A stretch of DNA of 60,198 nt from NCBI GenBank assembly GCA_964618805.1, contig CAZUBM010000006.1:22831-83028 (forward strand), in the 5' to 3' direction. Below are positions 29,841 to 40,004 of this stretch, piece by piece. The notes beneath the pieces were generated by a model, which saw only the letters and a program-made list of their open reading frames with translations, ran no database searches and was not told where the DNA came from. The position numbers were made by a program, and so were the translations under genes. Source of the stretch: an uncultured Nitrososphaerota archaeon. Its GTDB lineage: Archaea; Korarchaeota; Korarchaeia; Korarchaeales; Korarchaeaceae. Position 1 is the stretch's first letter; each line of letters starts with the position of its first letter.

Positions 29841-31727
29841 ATGTTCGGGTACATGGGGAAGATCCTGAGGGTGAATCTATCCAACGCTAAGGTAAGTGAG
29901 CAGGAGCTAGATGGATCTCTAGCCAGAGAATATCTAGGAGGAATTGGGTTCTGCATTAAGTGGCTTTATGACATGACCGGTCCCGAGACAGATCCATTAG
30001 GCCTGGAGAACTTGCTCATTTTCGCTGCTGGCCCAATATCCGGGACTATGTGGCCAGGTAGCGGTAGATTGGAGGTCGCAGGGAAATCTCCTGAGACTGA
30101 ACTTATAGGGTATAGCAATTCCGGTGGACACTTTGCTCCCTACATCAAGTACGCTGGGTATGATGCCATAATAATAGAGGGTAGATCCGATAAGCCAGTC
30201 TATCTATATGTTGAGGATGAGAGAGTCGAGATAAAGGATGCTTCACATCTCTGGGGGCTAAATACTTGGGAGACTGAGGACTCCATTAGGGATGAGTTGG
30301 GAGAGGACGTCAAAGTAGCTTGTATCGGACAGGCTGGGGAAAATCTGGTTAAAATGGCCTCCATAGTAACTGGAAAGTGCAGAGTAGCAGCTAGAACTGG
30401 ACTTGGGGCTGTAATGGGGAGCAAGAGGTTGAAAGCTGTTGTCCTAAGGGGGACAAAGGGAGTGAGAGTAGCAAAGCCTGAACTCTTCATGAAACTCCTA
30501 GAAAGAGGGATAGAGAGCATAGAAGGGAGTCCTTTCTCCGAGCACTATATGGAGTTCGGAACAACGCTCCTTGTTGCACCTATGAATAGCATCGGAAGGC
30601 TTCCGACCAAAAATCATTGGAGTGGGGTTTTTTCTAAGGCTGATAGGCTTAGTGGCGAGTACCTAGTTGAGCATTACAGGGTTGCGAAGAGGGCTTGCTT
30701 CTCTTGCATGTTTCACTGCAAAAACGTCCTTAAATTAGGTAATGAGATAGGAGATCACCCGGAATATGAGACTTTGTGTTCTTTTGGATCCAATCTTATG
30801 ATAGATGATCCAGAGTTCGTAATAAGGGCGAACTGGCTTTGTGATAAGTACGGCATCGACACCATTTCTCTAGGAGCCACCATAGCCTGGGCAATGGAGT
30901 GCTACGAGAAGGGGCTTCTGACAAAGGAGGATACGGGTATCGAGCTCGAGTGGGGGAACCCCGATGTGGTCGAGAGGCTCATTCACATGACAGCTTTCAG
31001 AGAGGGCTTCGGAGACCTATTAGCCGAAGGGGTAAAGAGGGCATCACAGAAGGTAGGTAGAGGGACTGAGAGGTATGCCATGCACGTAAAAGGTCTTGAA
31101 ATCCCAGCTCAGGATGGAAGAGCCCAGAAGTCCATGGGAGTTGCTCACGCAACAGCTGCAAGAGGAGCAGACCATCTAACGCATTGTACCTTTCTAGACG
31201 AAGTCGGATTCGAGGAGGCCATAGCCGAGAGGTTTGGTAGCAAGTACCTGCCAGAAATGGCCAACAGGATGAGTGCCAAGTATAAGGGCATAATGGCGAA
31301 AGAATGCGAGGACTTCACAGCCGCAGTTAACTGCATGGTGATTTGTGTTTCTGCGGGCTTTCTTTTCCCACCCCTCTTCTGGTGGGGAGAGCTTACTCAG
31401 ATCTACTCATTGGTTACCGGAATTGATATGAAAGTCCATGAACTTAAGATGGCTGCTGAAAGGATCGTGAATCTTAGGAGAGCATATCTAATAAGACATG
31501 GAATATCCAGAGCTGATGACAAACTTCCTGAAAGGTTTACCAAGGAACCAGCGCCAGAAGGGCCTTGTAAGGGCCAAATAGTAGAGATAGAGCAGATGCT
31601 GGACGAATACTATGAGGCAAGGGGATGGGATAAGAGGACTGGGTGGATTCCAGAGAAGAAGCTCCTGGAACTTGGGCTGAAAAATGTTGCATCACAACTG
31701 AGGGATTTAGGGAGGTTGCCGAGGTGA
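29841..31727 (+). CDS. aor: Tungsten aldehyde:ferredoxin oxidoreductase family protein
   Basis: GYMGKILRVNL, KSPET, AARTGLGAVMGSKRLKA, CxxCxxxC, EYET, DKYGIDT and YYEARGWD motifs. Confidence 0.93.
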   Translation: MFGYMGKILRVNLSNAKVSEQELDGSLAREYLGGIGFCIKWLYDMTGPETDPLGLENLLIFAAGPISGTMWPGSGRLEVAGKSPETELIGYSNSGGHFAPYIKYAGYDAIIIEGRSDKPVYLYVEDERVEIKDASHLWGLNTWETEDSIRDELGEDVKVACIGQAGENLVKMASIVTGKCRVAARTGLGAVMGSKRLKAVVLRGTKGVRVAKPELFMKLLERGIESIEGSPFSEHYMEFGTTLLVAPMNSIGRLPTKNHWSGVFSKADRLSGEYLVEHYRVAKRACFSCMFHCKNVLKLGNEIGDHPEYETLCSFGSNLMIDDPEFVIRANWLCDKYGIDTISLGATIAWAMECYEKGLLTKEDTGIELEWGNPDVVERLIHMTAFREGFGDLLAEGVKRASQKVGRGTERYAMHVKGLEIPAQDGRAQKSMGVAHATAARGADHLTHCTFLDEVGFEEAIAERFGSKYLPEMANRMSAKYKGIMAKECEDFTAAVNCMVICVSAGFLFPPLFWWGELTQIYSLVTGIDMKVHELKMAAERIVNLRRAYLIRHGISRADDKLPERFTKEPAPEGPCKGQIVEIEQMLDEYYEARGWDKRTGWIPEKKLLELGLKNVASQLRDLGRLPR

Positions 31728-31731
31728 GTTA

Positions 31732-32172
31732 ATGCTTTCCGTCGACCCGAAGAAATGCTGTTATTGCTATATCTGTGTGTTAGCCTGTTCTTTCTTCAAT
31801 GTGGGAGAGTTTTCCCCAGCCAGGGCTAAGATAAGGGTTTTAGAATCCAAAGAAGGTCATGGGATTCCTCTGCTTTGTCTTCAGTGTCCCACCCATCCTT
31901 GCGTTGATGTCTGCCCGACCGAAGCTCTCAGACTTGAAGATGGAGTAGTGAAGGTGGAAGAGGAGATTTGCATAGGATGCGGGAATTGCCAACAAGCCTG
32001 TCCCATAGGAGCTATCTGGATTTTCGAGGGAAAAGCTGTTAAGTGCGAATTGTGCTCGTTAAACCCTCCATGCGCCAGATACTGTCCTACAGGGGCCATA
32101 GAAATGACTAATTCGCTTGAAAAGGTGGAAGAGTCTATGAGGTTGATCAAGGCTCTGAGACGAATTTCCTAG
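31732..32172 (+). CDS. 4x[4Fe-4S] ferredoxin-like subunit (DmsB/HydN-like AOR partner)
   Basis: Four Cys clusters; directly follows the AOR. Confidence 0.9.
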   Translation: MLSVDPKKCCYCYICVLACSFFNVGEFSPARAKIRVLESKEGHGIPLLCLQCPTHPCVDVCPTEALRLEDGVVKVEEEICIGCGNCQQACPIGAIWIFEGKAVKCELCSLNPPCARYCPTGAIEMTNSLEKVEESMRLIKALRRIS

Positions 32173-33508
32173 GGATGAACTTCCCATATCCTGGCCTCAC
32201 GAGGATAGATCCCTCTTCTGCCACTATTTCTCCACGTACTATCGTCATCGCAACCTTTCCACTAACCTTATAGCCTTCAAACGGCGTGTAATCAGCTATG
32301 CATACCATATCTTCTTTCCCTATCTTCCACTCAGCTTTTTGATCGATTACAGTGAGATCAGCATCTAATCCAAGAGCTATCGCACCTTTCCTTGGATAAA
32401 TCCCCAGGATCTGAGCAGGCCTTAGGGAGGTAGCTTCTACAAACCTGCGCAGGGAAATCCTCCCTTTTCTGACTCCCTCGCTCCAGAGCAGTGGTATCAT
32501 TGTCTCTAATCCCGGGATTCCGGGTGGGATGCTCCAAATGCTCTCAGCTTCCTCCTTCTCCCTTCTGCTGAAGGCACAGTGATCAGATGCCACTGCATCT
32601 ATTAGCCCAGAAGAAAGGGCTTCCCAAAGGGCTAAGAGGTCATTCTTTTCTCTAACAGGAGGCGTTGCTATTATTAAAGGACCTAGCTTCTGATAGTCCT
32701 CAGAGCTTAACAAGAGGTGATGGGGCGTAGTCTCCGCTGTGACGCCAGAAATCCTCTTTGCAGTCCTTAACGCCTCAACTCCCTTCTCACTAGAGAGATG
32801 ACATATGTGGACCCGGCAATTAGCCTCAGAAGAGAGTATTGCGGCATCAAGCACTGCCTTGGCTTCAGCTATATCAGGCCTTGATTCTGTAAAAGCTTTG
32901 GGATCATGCCTTCCTCTCTTTCTCATTAATTCAACGCTTTTTTGAATGATCTCTCTGTCCTCTGCATGCAGCGCAATGAACGCCCTTTCTCTGGAGGCTA
33001 TCCTCATAGCCTCCAGGAGGACCATGCTGTCTGGTATCGGGTCCGGTTCGCACATCATGATCTCCCCTAAGCCTACAGCGCCCATCCTCAGGATCTCTGG
33101 GATCTCTTCCAAGTCCTCTTCCTTGTAGATCTCACCACAGTATAGGGAAAAATCCACTACAGCTTCTTTTTCTGTCCTTTCAAGCTTTTTCTTGAAGATC
33201 TCGACTTTTACAGTCTGCCACTCTCCCACAGAGGACATATCAGCTATCGTAGTAACTCCTCCAACAGCAGCGGCTTTTGTTCCCGTCCCAAAGGTTTCCC
33301 TTATCCAGCCAGGAGAGAAAATATGGACATGAGCATCTATGGCTCCGGGAACTACGACTTTTCCTCCAAGGTCTATTGTCTTATCTGCCCTCGGCATTGA
33401 CGGCTCAAGACCTATACAGGCTATCTTTCCCCGATTTACACCTAAACAGACCTCAAAAATCCCCTCTGTAAGTACTACCTTGCAGTTCTTGAGGAGAAGA
33501 TCTATCAA
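32147..33508 (-). CDS. Cyclic amidohydrolase (dihydropyrimidinase/allantoinase/dihydroorotase family)
   Basis: PGAIDAHVH, GTKAAAVGGVTT, LHAED, CHLS, ETTPHHL and SDH motifs. A TTG start at 33508 follows a GAGGTG RBS. Confidence 0.9.
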   Translation of the reverse strand: MIDLLLKNCKVVLTEGIFEVCLGVNRGKIACIGLEPSMPRADKTIDLGGKVVVPGAIDAHVHIFSPGWIRETFGTGTKAAAVGGVTTIADMSSVGEWQTVKVEIFKKKLERTEKEAVVDFSLYCGEIYKEEDLEEIPEILRMGAVGLGEIMMCEPDPIPDSMVLLEAMRIASRERAFIALHAEDREIIQKSVELMRKRGRHDPKAFTESRPDIAEAKAVLDAAILSSEANCRVHICHLSSEKGVEALRTAKRISGVTAETTPHHLLLSSEDYQKLGPLIIATPPVREKNDLLALWEALSSGLIDAVASDHCAFSRREKEEAESIWSIPPGIPGLETMIPLLWSEGVRKGRISLRRFVEATSLRPAQILGIYPRKGAIALGLDADLTVIDQKAEWKIGKEDMVCIADYTPFEGYKVSGKVAMTIVRGEIVAEEGSILVRPGYGKFIPRKFVSEP

Positions 33509-33619
33509 CGCACCTCTAATGCTAAAGTCCAAGAAATCTTTTAAGAATGCTGAAGGGAGCATAAAAGAAAGAGGTGGCAGCAGCCAGACAATGTTGAACT
33601 CGGCCTACGAGGGAGCAAA

Positions 33620-35503
33620 ATGGTTGGTTTTGAGGGGAGGATCGTAGTTGTCGATTTGGAGAAGGGTTCTATAAAAAGAGTTCTCGCGAACAAACTTCAT
33701 TTAAATCTCTTCCTCGGAGGGAGAGGATATGCCTCCTTCCTCCTGTATCATATGGTTAGGAAGGGAATAGATGCCTTTTCCCCGGATAATCCCCTTATCT
33801 TCGGAATTGGACCATTTACAGGCGCTATCTGGCCATCTTCAAGTAGATTTGTAGTTGCCGCTAAATCACCAGCAACAGGAGGGCTCGGGTATGCAAATGC
33901 CGGGGGCTTCTTTGGGCCCTACATGAGGTTTGCCGGCGCTGATTTCTTGGTGCTTAAAGGAAAGGCCAGTTCTCCCGTGTTCATTTCAGTATGTGATGGA
34001 AAAGTTGAGATCAGATCAGCAGTCGATCTGTGGGGTAACACAGTTTACGAGACGGAGAAAATCCTGAGGGAGGAGGTTGGGAGTAAGAGAGCAAGTTTAG
34101 CTTGTATAGGGCCTGCGGGAGAGAGGATGGTGAGATTCGCTTCCATAATCTGCGATGAGGGCAGAGCAGCAGCTAGAACAGGTATGGGAGCTGTTATGGG
34201 GTCAAAGCTGGTTAAGGGGATCGTTGTCGTTGGAGAAGGTAAGGTGGAGCCAAAAGAGCCAGAAAAATTTGAAAAAGCTTCTAGGGAGGCATTTTCTAGG
34301 ATCGCAGATAATCCAATCCTCAGGGGATATGGAGAATACGGGACATCTATTATAATTTCTCCCAAAAATGATGTGGGAGATCTCCCCACAAGAAATCACT
34401 ATGATGGAACTTTTGGGGATGCCCACAACATCTCAGCGGAGAGAATCCACCAACTCCTGGGTATAGTGCCATCTTCGTGTTTCTCCTGCCCAGTTAGATG
34501 TGGGAGGAAGGTTAAGTTAGAGATAAATGGAGAGAAGGAGTTTGAGGGCATGGAATACGAGACCATAGCTTCCCTAGGATCAAACTGCGGGAACTCAGAT
34601 GCGAAGTCTATAGCTGAGATGAACTACATGTGCAACGACTTAGGTCTCGATACCATATCTACGGGCGTAGTCATAGCCTGGGCAATGGAGTGCTACGAGA
34701 AGAGGCTTCTGACAAAGGAAGATACGGGTATCAAGCTTGAGTGGGGGGATGTTGAGGCGATGAAGGAAATGATAAGGCAGATAGCTTTCAGAGAGGGCTT
34801 TGGAGACCTACTAGCTGAAGGGGTAAGGAGGGCATCCCAGAAGATAGGTAGGGGAACTGAGAGGTATGCCATGCACGTAAAAGGTCTTGAAATCCCTATG
34901 CAACAGCCAAGAACTGTAAAGATGTTTGCACTAGGCCATGCAACATCGAACAGAGGTGCTGACCATCTATATGCTCTACCTACTATCTGCTACCCATGGC
35001 TAAGGGAGATAGCAAAGGAATGGCTTGGGCTCTCAGATAAGGAGCTGGATCAGCTGAACGATCTGGATTCTTGGAGGCAGAAGGCAAAAGCCGTAGTTTT
35101 CTCGGAAAACCTGTGTGCTGTTGCAGATTCTCTCGGCCTTTGCAAATTTCCATTGGTTGAGTCCTATGCTGTTCCACTCAGCGTATTGGTTAAGGGATAT
35201 AACGCCTTAGTTGGCTCAAATGTCACGCCGATGGACCTCCTGAAAGCTGGGGAGAGGATCGTTAACTTAGAAAGGATGTTTAACGTGAGAGAGAGTTTCT
35301 CCAGAAAGGACGATTCATTACCTGAGAGGTTCTTAGTAGATCCTATGCCAAGTGGGCCCTCAAAGGGCTCTGTTGTTGAGCTAAGCAAAATGCTGGAGGA
35401 GTATTACGAGATCAGAGGTTGGGATCCTGTATCTGGTATTCCAAGAAAGGAGAAGATCAAAGAGCTTAGTCTTGAGATTAGCCAGGGAATGAACACAAGT
35501 TGA
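33620..35503 (+). CDS. aor: Tungsten aldehyde:ferredoxin oxidoreductase family protein (second paralogue)
   Basis: AKSPATG, AAARTGMGAVMGSK, CFSCPVRC, EYETI and DLGLDTIS motifs. Confidence 0.93.
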   Translation: MVGFEGRIVVVDLEKGSIKRVLANKLHLNLFLGGRGYASFLLYHMVRKGIDAFSPDNPLIFGIGPFTGAIWPSSSRFVVAAKSPATGGLGYANAGGFFGPYMRFAGADFLVLKGKASSPVFISVCDGKVEIRSAVDLWGNTVYETEKILREEVGSKRASLACIGPAGERMVRFASIICDEGRAAARTGMGAVMGSKLVKGIVVVGEGKVEPKEPEKFEKASREAFSRIADNPILRGYGEYGTSIIISPKNDVGDLPTRNHYDGTFGDAHNISAERIHQLLGIVPSSCFSCPVRCGRKVKLEINGEKEFEGMEYETIASLGSNCGNSDAKSIAEMNYMCNDLGLDTISTGVVIAWAMECYEKRLLTKEDTGIKLEWGDVEAMKEMIRQIAFREGFGDLLAEGVRRASQKIGRGTERYAMHVKGLEIPMQQPRTVKMFALGHATSNRGADHLYALPTICYPWLREIAKEWLGLSDKELDQLNDLDSWRQKAKAVVFSENLCAVADSLGLCKFPLVESYAVPLSVLVKGYNALVGSNVTPMDLLKAGERIVNLERMFNVRESFSRKDDSLPERFLVDPMPSGPSKGSVVELSKMLEEYYEIRGWDPVSGIPRKEKIKELSLEISQGMNTS

Positions 35504-35564
35504 CCCCTCACTTTATTCTGAATGTTTATAGAAAAATTCCGAGGTATAATTCTACCGATTTCTC

Positions 35565-36899
35565 ATGAGATCGCTTGCAATTCTCCATGGATTAGTTGTT
35601 ACAATGGATAAAGAAAGGAGGGTTATAGAGAACGGTGGTATTTACATTGAGGGGAACAGGATCGTTGACGTATCAACTGCTTTGGAGATAAAGAGATCCT
35701 ATCATTTCGATGAAGAGATAGATGCTAAAGGAAAGGTAGTAATTCCTGGCCTTATAGACTCACATAGGCATCTATATGGCATCCTGACAAGAGGTATGCC
35801 CATCAAGAAGCTTCCAACCTCCTTTATAAGCTTCTTAGAGGACTTTTGGTGGCCATACGTGGAAAATCAGTTGGATAAGGAGATGATAAGGGCCTCTGCG
35901 ATGGCCTCAGGAGTTGAAGCCTTGAAGAACGGAACTACCTGTGTTGTGGATATATTAGAAGCTCCAAATGCCATTCCAGGAGCACTTAAAGTTGAGGCAG
36001 AAGCTCTAGAAAAATTGGGATTAAGATCCTTTCTCTCCTTCGAGGCTACAGAGCGAGTAAGCGAGGAAAACGGAGAACTTGGCCTAAAGGAAAACGAGTA
36101 CTTCATTAGAAGTAAGAAAGAGGATCCTCTTATCAGAGGAATGATGTGCATTCATACTACCTTCACGTGCAGCCCAGATTTCCTGTCAGAGGCTAGAAGA
36201 ATAGCGGACAGACTTAATTCTGGGATACATATTCACCTGGAGGAAGGGAAGTACGAGACAATGTACTGCCTTGTCAATTACAGAAAGCTCCCCGTTCAGT
36301 TGTACGAGGAAATCGGATTCCTAAAGTCCGATGTATTAGCTGCCCAATGCGTTCACCTTTCTCCAAAAGAGATGGAGATAATGAAGAGGAAGGGTGTGAA
36401 AGTTAGTCATGAACCTCTAAGCAACTGTGAGGTTGGGGGAGGCATTGCCCCAATTCCAGATTTGCTTGAGATGGGACTAACTGTCGGCTTAGGGACAGAT
36501 GGATTTGTTATTGATGAATTTGAGGTAATGAGAGCGGCTTTTCTGATACACAAGGGGTATAGAAGGGATCCTACGGTCATGCCTCCCAACGAGGTCTTCG
36601 AAATGGCAACCGTGAAGAACGCAGAAGCCATAGGAATGGGCGAAAGGATAGGATCAATAGAGCCCGGGAAAGAAGCTGACATAGTCATCCTGAAGCCTAA
36701 GACTTACACGAGACTTTCCAGAGATAACGTAATAGAGCAGCTCGTTGGATTCGGTACTGGATCCTGGGTTGATAAGGTCCTTGTAGGAGGAAGAACCGTA
36801 GTTTCCGATGGAAAAATGATTGCTGTTGAGGAAGAGGAAGTTATGAGAAGGGCTAAAGAGGAAAGCATTAGGCTTTGGGAGAAGAGTAAGAAGAAGTGA
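35565..36899 (+). CDS. Amidohydrolase, nucleoside/nucleobase deaminase-like (SsnA/MtaD family)
   Basis: PGLIDSHRHLY, HIHLEE, CVHL and LGTDG motifs. Confidence 0.88.
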   Translation: MRSLAILHGLVVTMDKERRVIENGGIYIEGNRIVDVSTALEIKRSYHFDEEIDAKGKVVIPGLIDSHRHLYGILTRGMPIKKLPTSFISFLEDFWWPYVENQLDKEMIRASAMASGVEALKNGTTCVVDILEAPNAIPGALKVEAEALEKLGLRSFLSFEATERVSEENGELGLKENEYFIRSKKEDPLIRGMMCIHTTFTCSPDFLSEARRIADRLNSGIHIHLEEGKYETMYCLVNYRKLPVQLYEEIGFLKSDVLAAQCVHLSPKEMEIMKRKGVKVSHEPLSNCEVGGGIAPIPDLLEMGLTVGLGTDGFVIDEFEVMRAAFLIHKGYRRDPTVMPPNEVFEMATVKNAEAIGMGERIGSIEPGKEADIVILKPKTYTRLSRDNVIEQLVGFGTGSWVDKVLVGGRTVVSDGKMIAVEEEEVMRRAKEESIRLWEKSKKK

Positions 36900-36912
36900 G
36901 AGCTTACTAGAG

Positions 36913-37848
36913 GTGCTCATAGTGCAAACATGGAACTTAGATGTCCTAACTATAGGAGCTGCTGCGGTTGACTTAGTTGTGAGGGTAAAGAGACATCCAG
37001 AACCTGATCAGATGGTATTTGCAGAGGAATTCGGCGTGTTTCCAGGAGGGTCTACTGCTAACATAGCGGTAGCCCTAGCAAAACTCGGGGCCAGAGTGGG
37101 ATTCCTCGGAAAGGTAGGGAAGGATCATTACGGAGAACTACTACTTGATGACTTTAGAAGGTCTGGAGTTGACATAAGCAAGGTGATAGTTGAAGAATCC
37201 GCTAGAACAGCATGCACCTTCATAGCAGTTGATAAGGAAGGAAGGAGAGTAATTTACTCTCTGGGAGGAAAGGCCTTACTTGAGTCCTCAGACGAGATAG
37301 ACCTCTCTTACTTAACGAGCTCACGGATAATATACGTAGGAGAGGCCTACCCTAAGGTAGTGTCTAACGCCCTTCTACATGCAAAGAGGAAGGGGATTAC
37401 TATAGTCTCTAATCCTGGAGTAAACTTCTCTCTATTCGGTGATGAAGCTTTTGATATAATTAGAGTAAGTGATCTCATTGTGATCAGTTCTAAGGAGCTA
37501 TTTTCCATAAACCGAGACATTAGGGAGGGAGCAAGATATCTCCTTAAGGAGGGTCCAAAAGCTGTCATCGTTACAATGGGATCAGAGGGTTCCTTCCTTA
37601 TCAACAAGGAGGGAGCTAAACTTATCCCTGCTTTCAGAACTAAGGTCGTAGATACTACGGGGGCTGGAGATGCGTTCACAGCTGGGCTGATTTTTGGTAA
37701 ACTGAGAGGATGGGATCTCTTGAAGTGTGTGAGGTTCGGAAATGCTGTTGCTGTGATTAAGATATCCCATCTTGGCGCAAGAAGCGGTCTTCCTACTACA
37801 GAGGAGGTCTTGAACTTCATGGCAAGAAGTAGAACTGATACTTCCTAA
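36913..37848 (+). CDS. PfkB/ribokinase-family carbohydrate kinase
   Basis: PGGSTANIAVALAKLG and VVDTTGAGDAF signatures. Confidence 0.93.
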   Translation: MLIVQTWNLDVLTIGAAAVDLVVRVKRHPEPDQMVFAEEFGVFPGGSTANIAVALAKLGARVGFLGKVGKDHYGELLLDDFRRSGVDISKVIVEESARTACTFIAVDKEGRRVIYSLGGKALLESSDEIDLSYLTSSRIIYVGEAYPKVVSNALLHAKRKGITIVSNPGVNFSLFGDEAFDIIRVSDLIVISSKELFSINRDIREGARYLLKEGPKAVIVTMGSEGSFLINKEGAKLIPAFRTKVVDTTGAGDAFTAGLIFGKLRGWDLLKCVRFGNAVAVIKISHLGARSGLPTTEEVLNFMARSRTDTS

Positions 37849-37851
37849 ACC

Positions 37852-37929
37852 TCTGAACTTATTCTTCTCAATCGCTCAGAACATGGACACTATGCCTGAA
37901 GAGTGGGTAGGTCTCTTAGAGACATCAAG
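37852..37929 (+). repeat. Imperfect direct repeat, copy 1 (partner 48155-48281)
   Basis: TCTGAACTTATTCTTCTCAATCGCTCAGAACATGGAC..GCCTGAAGA..GTCTCTTAGAGACATCAAG. Confidence 0.85.
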
Positions 37930-37969
37930 AGAGGAAAGCACAATAAATTTTAGCTTTAGGCCCTTTTTT

Positions 37970-38716
37970 CTAGCGCGCTAAATTAGGCTTGTTGCTCTTT
38001 CTATGTATAAGTTTAATTAATAACCTGACAATGGCTTCTGGATCTTCTCTTTGCCAGATATTCCTTCCGAACACAACACCACAAGCTCCAGCATCAAGGG
38101 CGTCTCTTACCATTGAGAATAATTTCTCATCGCTCTCGATTTTCGGTCCGCCAAGTATGACAACAGGTATTGGGCATGACTCAACTACCTTGCTGAAAGA
38201 CATCTTATCTCCAGTGTAGAAGGTCTTGACGAAGTCAGCTCCAGCTTCAGCTGCTATACGTGCGACTCTTGCTATCACTTCAGCGTCATATCTTTTCTCA
38301 GTTTTAGGGTACATCTCAGCCATAAGAGGAATTCCCCATTCCTCACATACCATAGCCAGCTCGCACAACGAGTTGATATTCTCAGCCTCTTCAGGTACGT
38401 GTGTAAATACCATTACCTTAATAGCGTCCGCTCCAAGTCTAATAGCCTCCTTAACCACTTCTTTGTAGTCCATCAGTCCGCTTTTAACGTTCATAATTAT
38501 GGAGGCCTTGCCTGTAAGTTCTCTATATGCTATTCTTAGAATCCCGGGGTTTAACAAAAGAGCGTCTGGGCCTCCTCTTATCACTCTCCTAATAGTCTTT
38601 AAAGGATCTTCTATTCCAGAAAGAGGGCCCAGGGCTATGCCATGATCCATGGCTACTATTAGTGTCCTTCTGTCCTCCTTGAAGATCCTCCTAAGTCTGA
38701 TTTTCTTGCCTATCAT
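37970..38716 (-). CDS. Class I aldolase (DhnA/FbaB/LsrF family)
   Basis: IVAMDHG, GADFVKT (Schiff-base Lys), ILGGPK and FGRNIWQ motifs. Confidence 0.9.
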   Translation of the reverse strand: MIGKKIRLRRIFKEDRRTLIVAMDHGIALGPLSGIEDPLKTIRRVIRGGPDALLLNPGILRIAYRELTGKASIIMNVKSGLMDYKEVVKEAIRLGADAIKVMVFTHVPEEAENINSLCELAMVCEEWGIPLMAEMYPKTEKRYDAEVIARVARIAAEAGADFVKTFYTGDKMSFSKVVESCPIPVVILGGPKIESDEKLFSMVRDALDAGACGVVFGRNIWQREDPEAIVRLLIKLIHRKSNKPNLAR

Positions 38717-38883
38717 CTCATCAGAGTAGGTGAAGCTTAGTGCATTTTAAGTCTTTTCAAGGATAGGATAGGAGTTGGGGCGCTTTTTCAGCTTATATAG
38801 TACGTATTCATATGGGAAAGCAATTGTAAATAATTCAACGTTTTTAACCTTCTTTCATATAAAAATCAAGATTTCATGTAGAT

Positions 38884-39921
38884 TTATGGTCTAACCAGTA
38901 TTTTAAATCCACTTCTCTTCTCTATCATTTTGAATCCTTCTTCGATATCCTCTAGCGGTAAAACTTTAGATATTAAAGGTCTCACCCTTACTTTTCCTTC
39001 CACTATAAGTTTTAGTGCCCTATAAAACTGATCTAGAGTCCTTGATTCGCTACCTTTTATGGATATCTCATTGTAATGTATCAAATTAGGGTCTATTTGA
39101 ATCTTAGAAGGAGGCCAAACAGCACCAAACAGGACAACTGTTCCTCCCTTTCTTGCCATCCTAATTCCCTGCTCAATAGCTAAGATGTTTCCTACAGCTA
39201 TTATGACACCATGAGCTCCTTTACCATCAGTCAACTTTCTAACTTTTTCGACAGGATCTTCCTTAAGGGGATTTATTATTTCATCAGCACCTAATTTCAT
39301 TGCCATATCTAACCTTTCCTGAATGGGATCGCTTACAATGACCCTTGCCCCACTCAAATTAGCTAGTTGGAGATGCATCAATCCTATAGGACCAGCACCT
39401 AAGATTACGACATCCTGTCCAGGGAGGAGGTTTAACTTCTCTATCCCATTAATACAGCATGCTAGAGGCTCAGCAAATGATGCCTCTTCAAAGGATAAGC
39501 TTTTAGGAATTCGAAAAACGTTTGTTTCAGGAGCTTTTGTGTACTCACAAAAAGCGCCAGGGCAAGGCGCTGGGTGAATGCAAAGGTTTCCCTTTCCCTC
39601 TAAACATAGATAACATTTTCCACATCTCATGAGTAGATCTACAGCCACTCTGTCTCCTTCTTTAACACGCTCGACATTTTCTCCAACTGCTGCAACTACC
39701 CCACTAGGTTCATGTCCTAGAATTATTGGACCTCTTTGATATATGTTGGTGCCTCTAGCACCAATATACTTCTGAAAATCGGCTGCACACACTCCACAAA
39801 CTTTTACTCGGATCAAGACCTCTCCCGAACTTATCCTAGGTATTGGAATTTCCTCAATCCTAATATCCCTCGGGCCATAAGCAAGAGCGGCCTTCATTTT
39901 TCCCGTTATTCTTAGTTTCAT
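38884..39921 (-). CDS. Zn-dependent polyol/sugar dehydrogenase (MDR family)
   Basis: CGVCAAD, LGHEPSG, CGKCYLC..C and GAGPIG motifs. Confidence 0.92.
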   Translation of the reverse strand: MKLRITGKMKAALAYGPRDIRIEEIPIPRISSGEVLIRVKVCGVCAADFQKYIGARGTNIYQRGPIILGHEPSGVVAAVGENVERVKEGDRVAVDLLMRCGKCYLCLEGKGNLCIHPAPCPGAFCEYTKAPETNVFRIPKSLSFEEASFAEPLACCINGIEKLNLLPGQDVVILGAGPIGLMHLQLANLSGARVIVSDPIQERLDMAMKLGADEIINPLKEDPVEKVRKLTDGKGAHGVIIAVGNILAIEQGIRMARKGGTVVLFGAVWPPSKIQIDPNLIHYNEISIKGSESRTLDQFYRALKLIVEGKVRVRPLISKVLPLEDIEEGFKMIEKRSGFKILVRP

Positions 39922-40004
39922 AATTAACCACGAAGCTGGAGACTCACTTAAATTTTTATTTTAAATTTTCTATCAACACCCTCTATTACTGGAGGACCAA
40001 TAAA

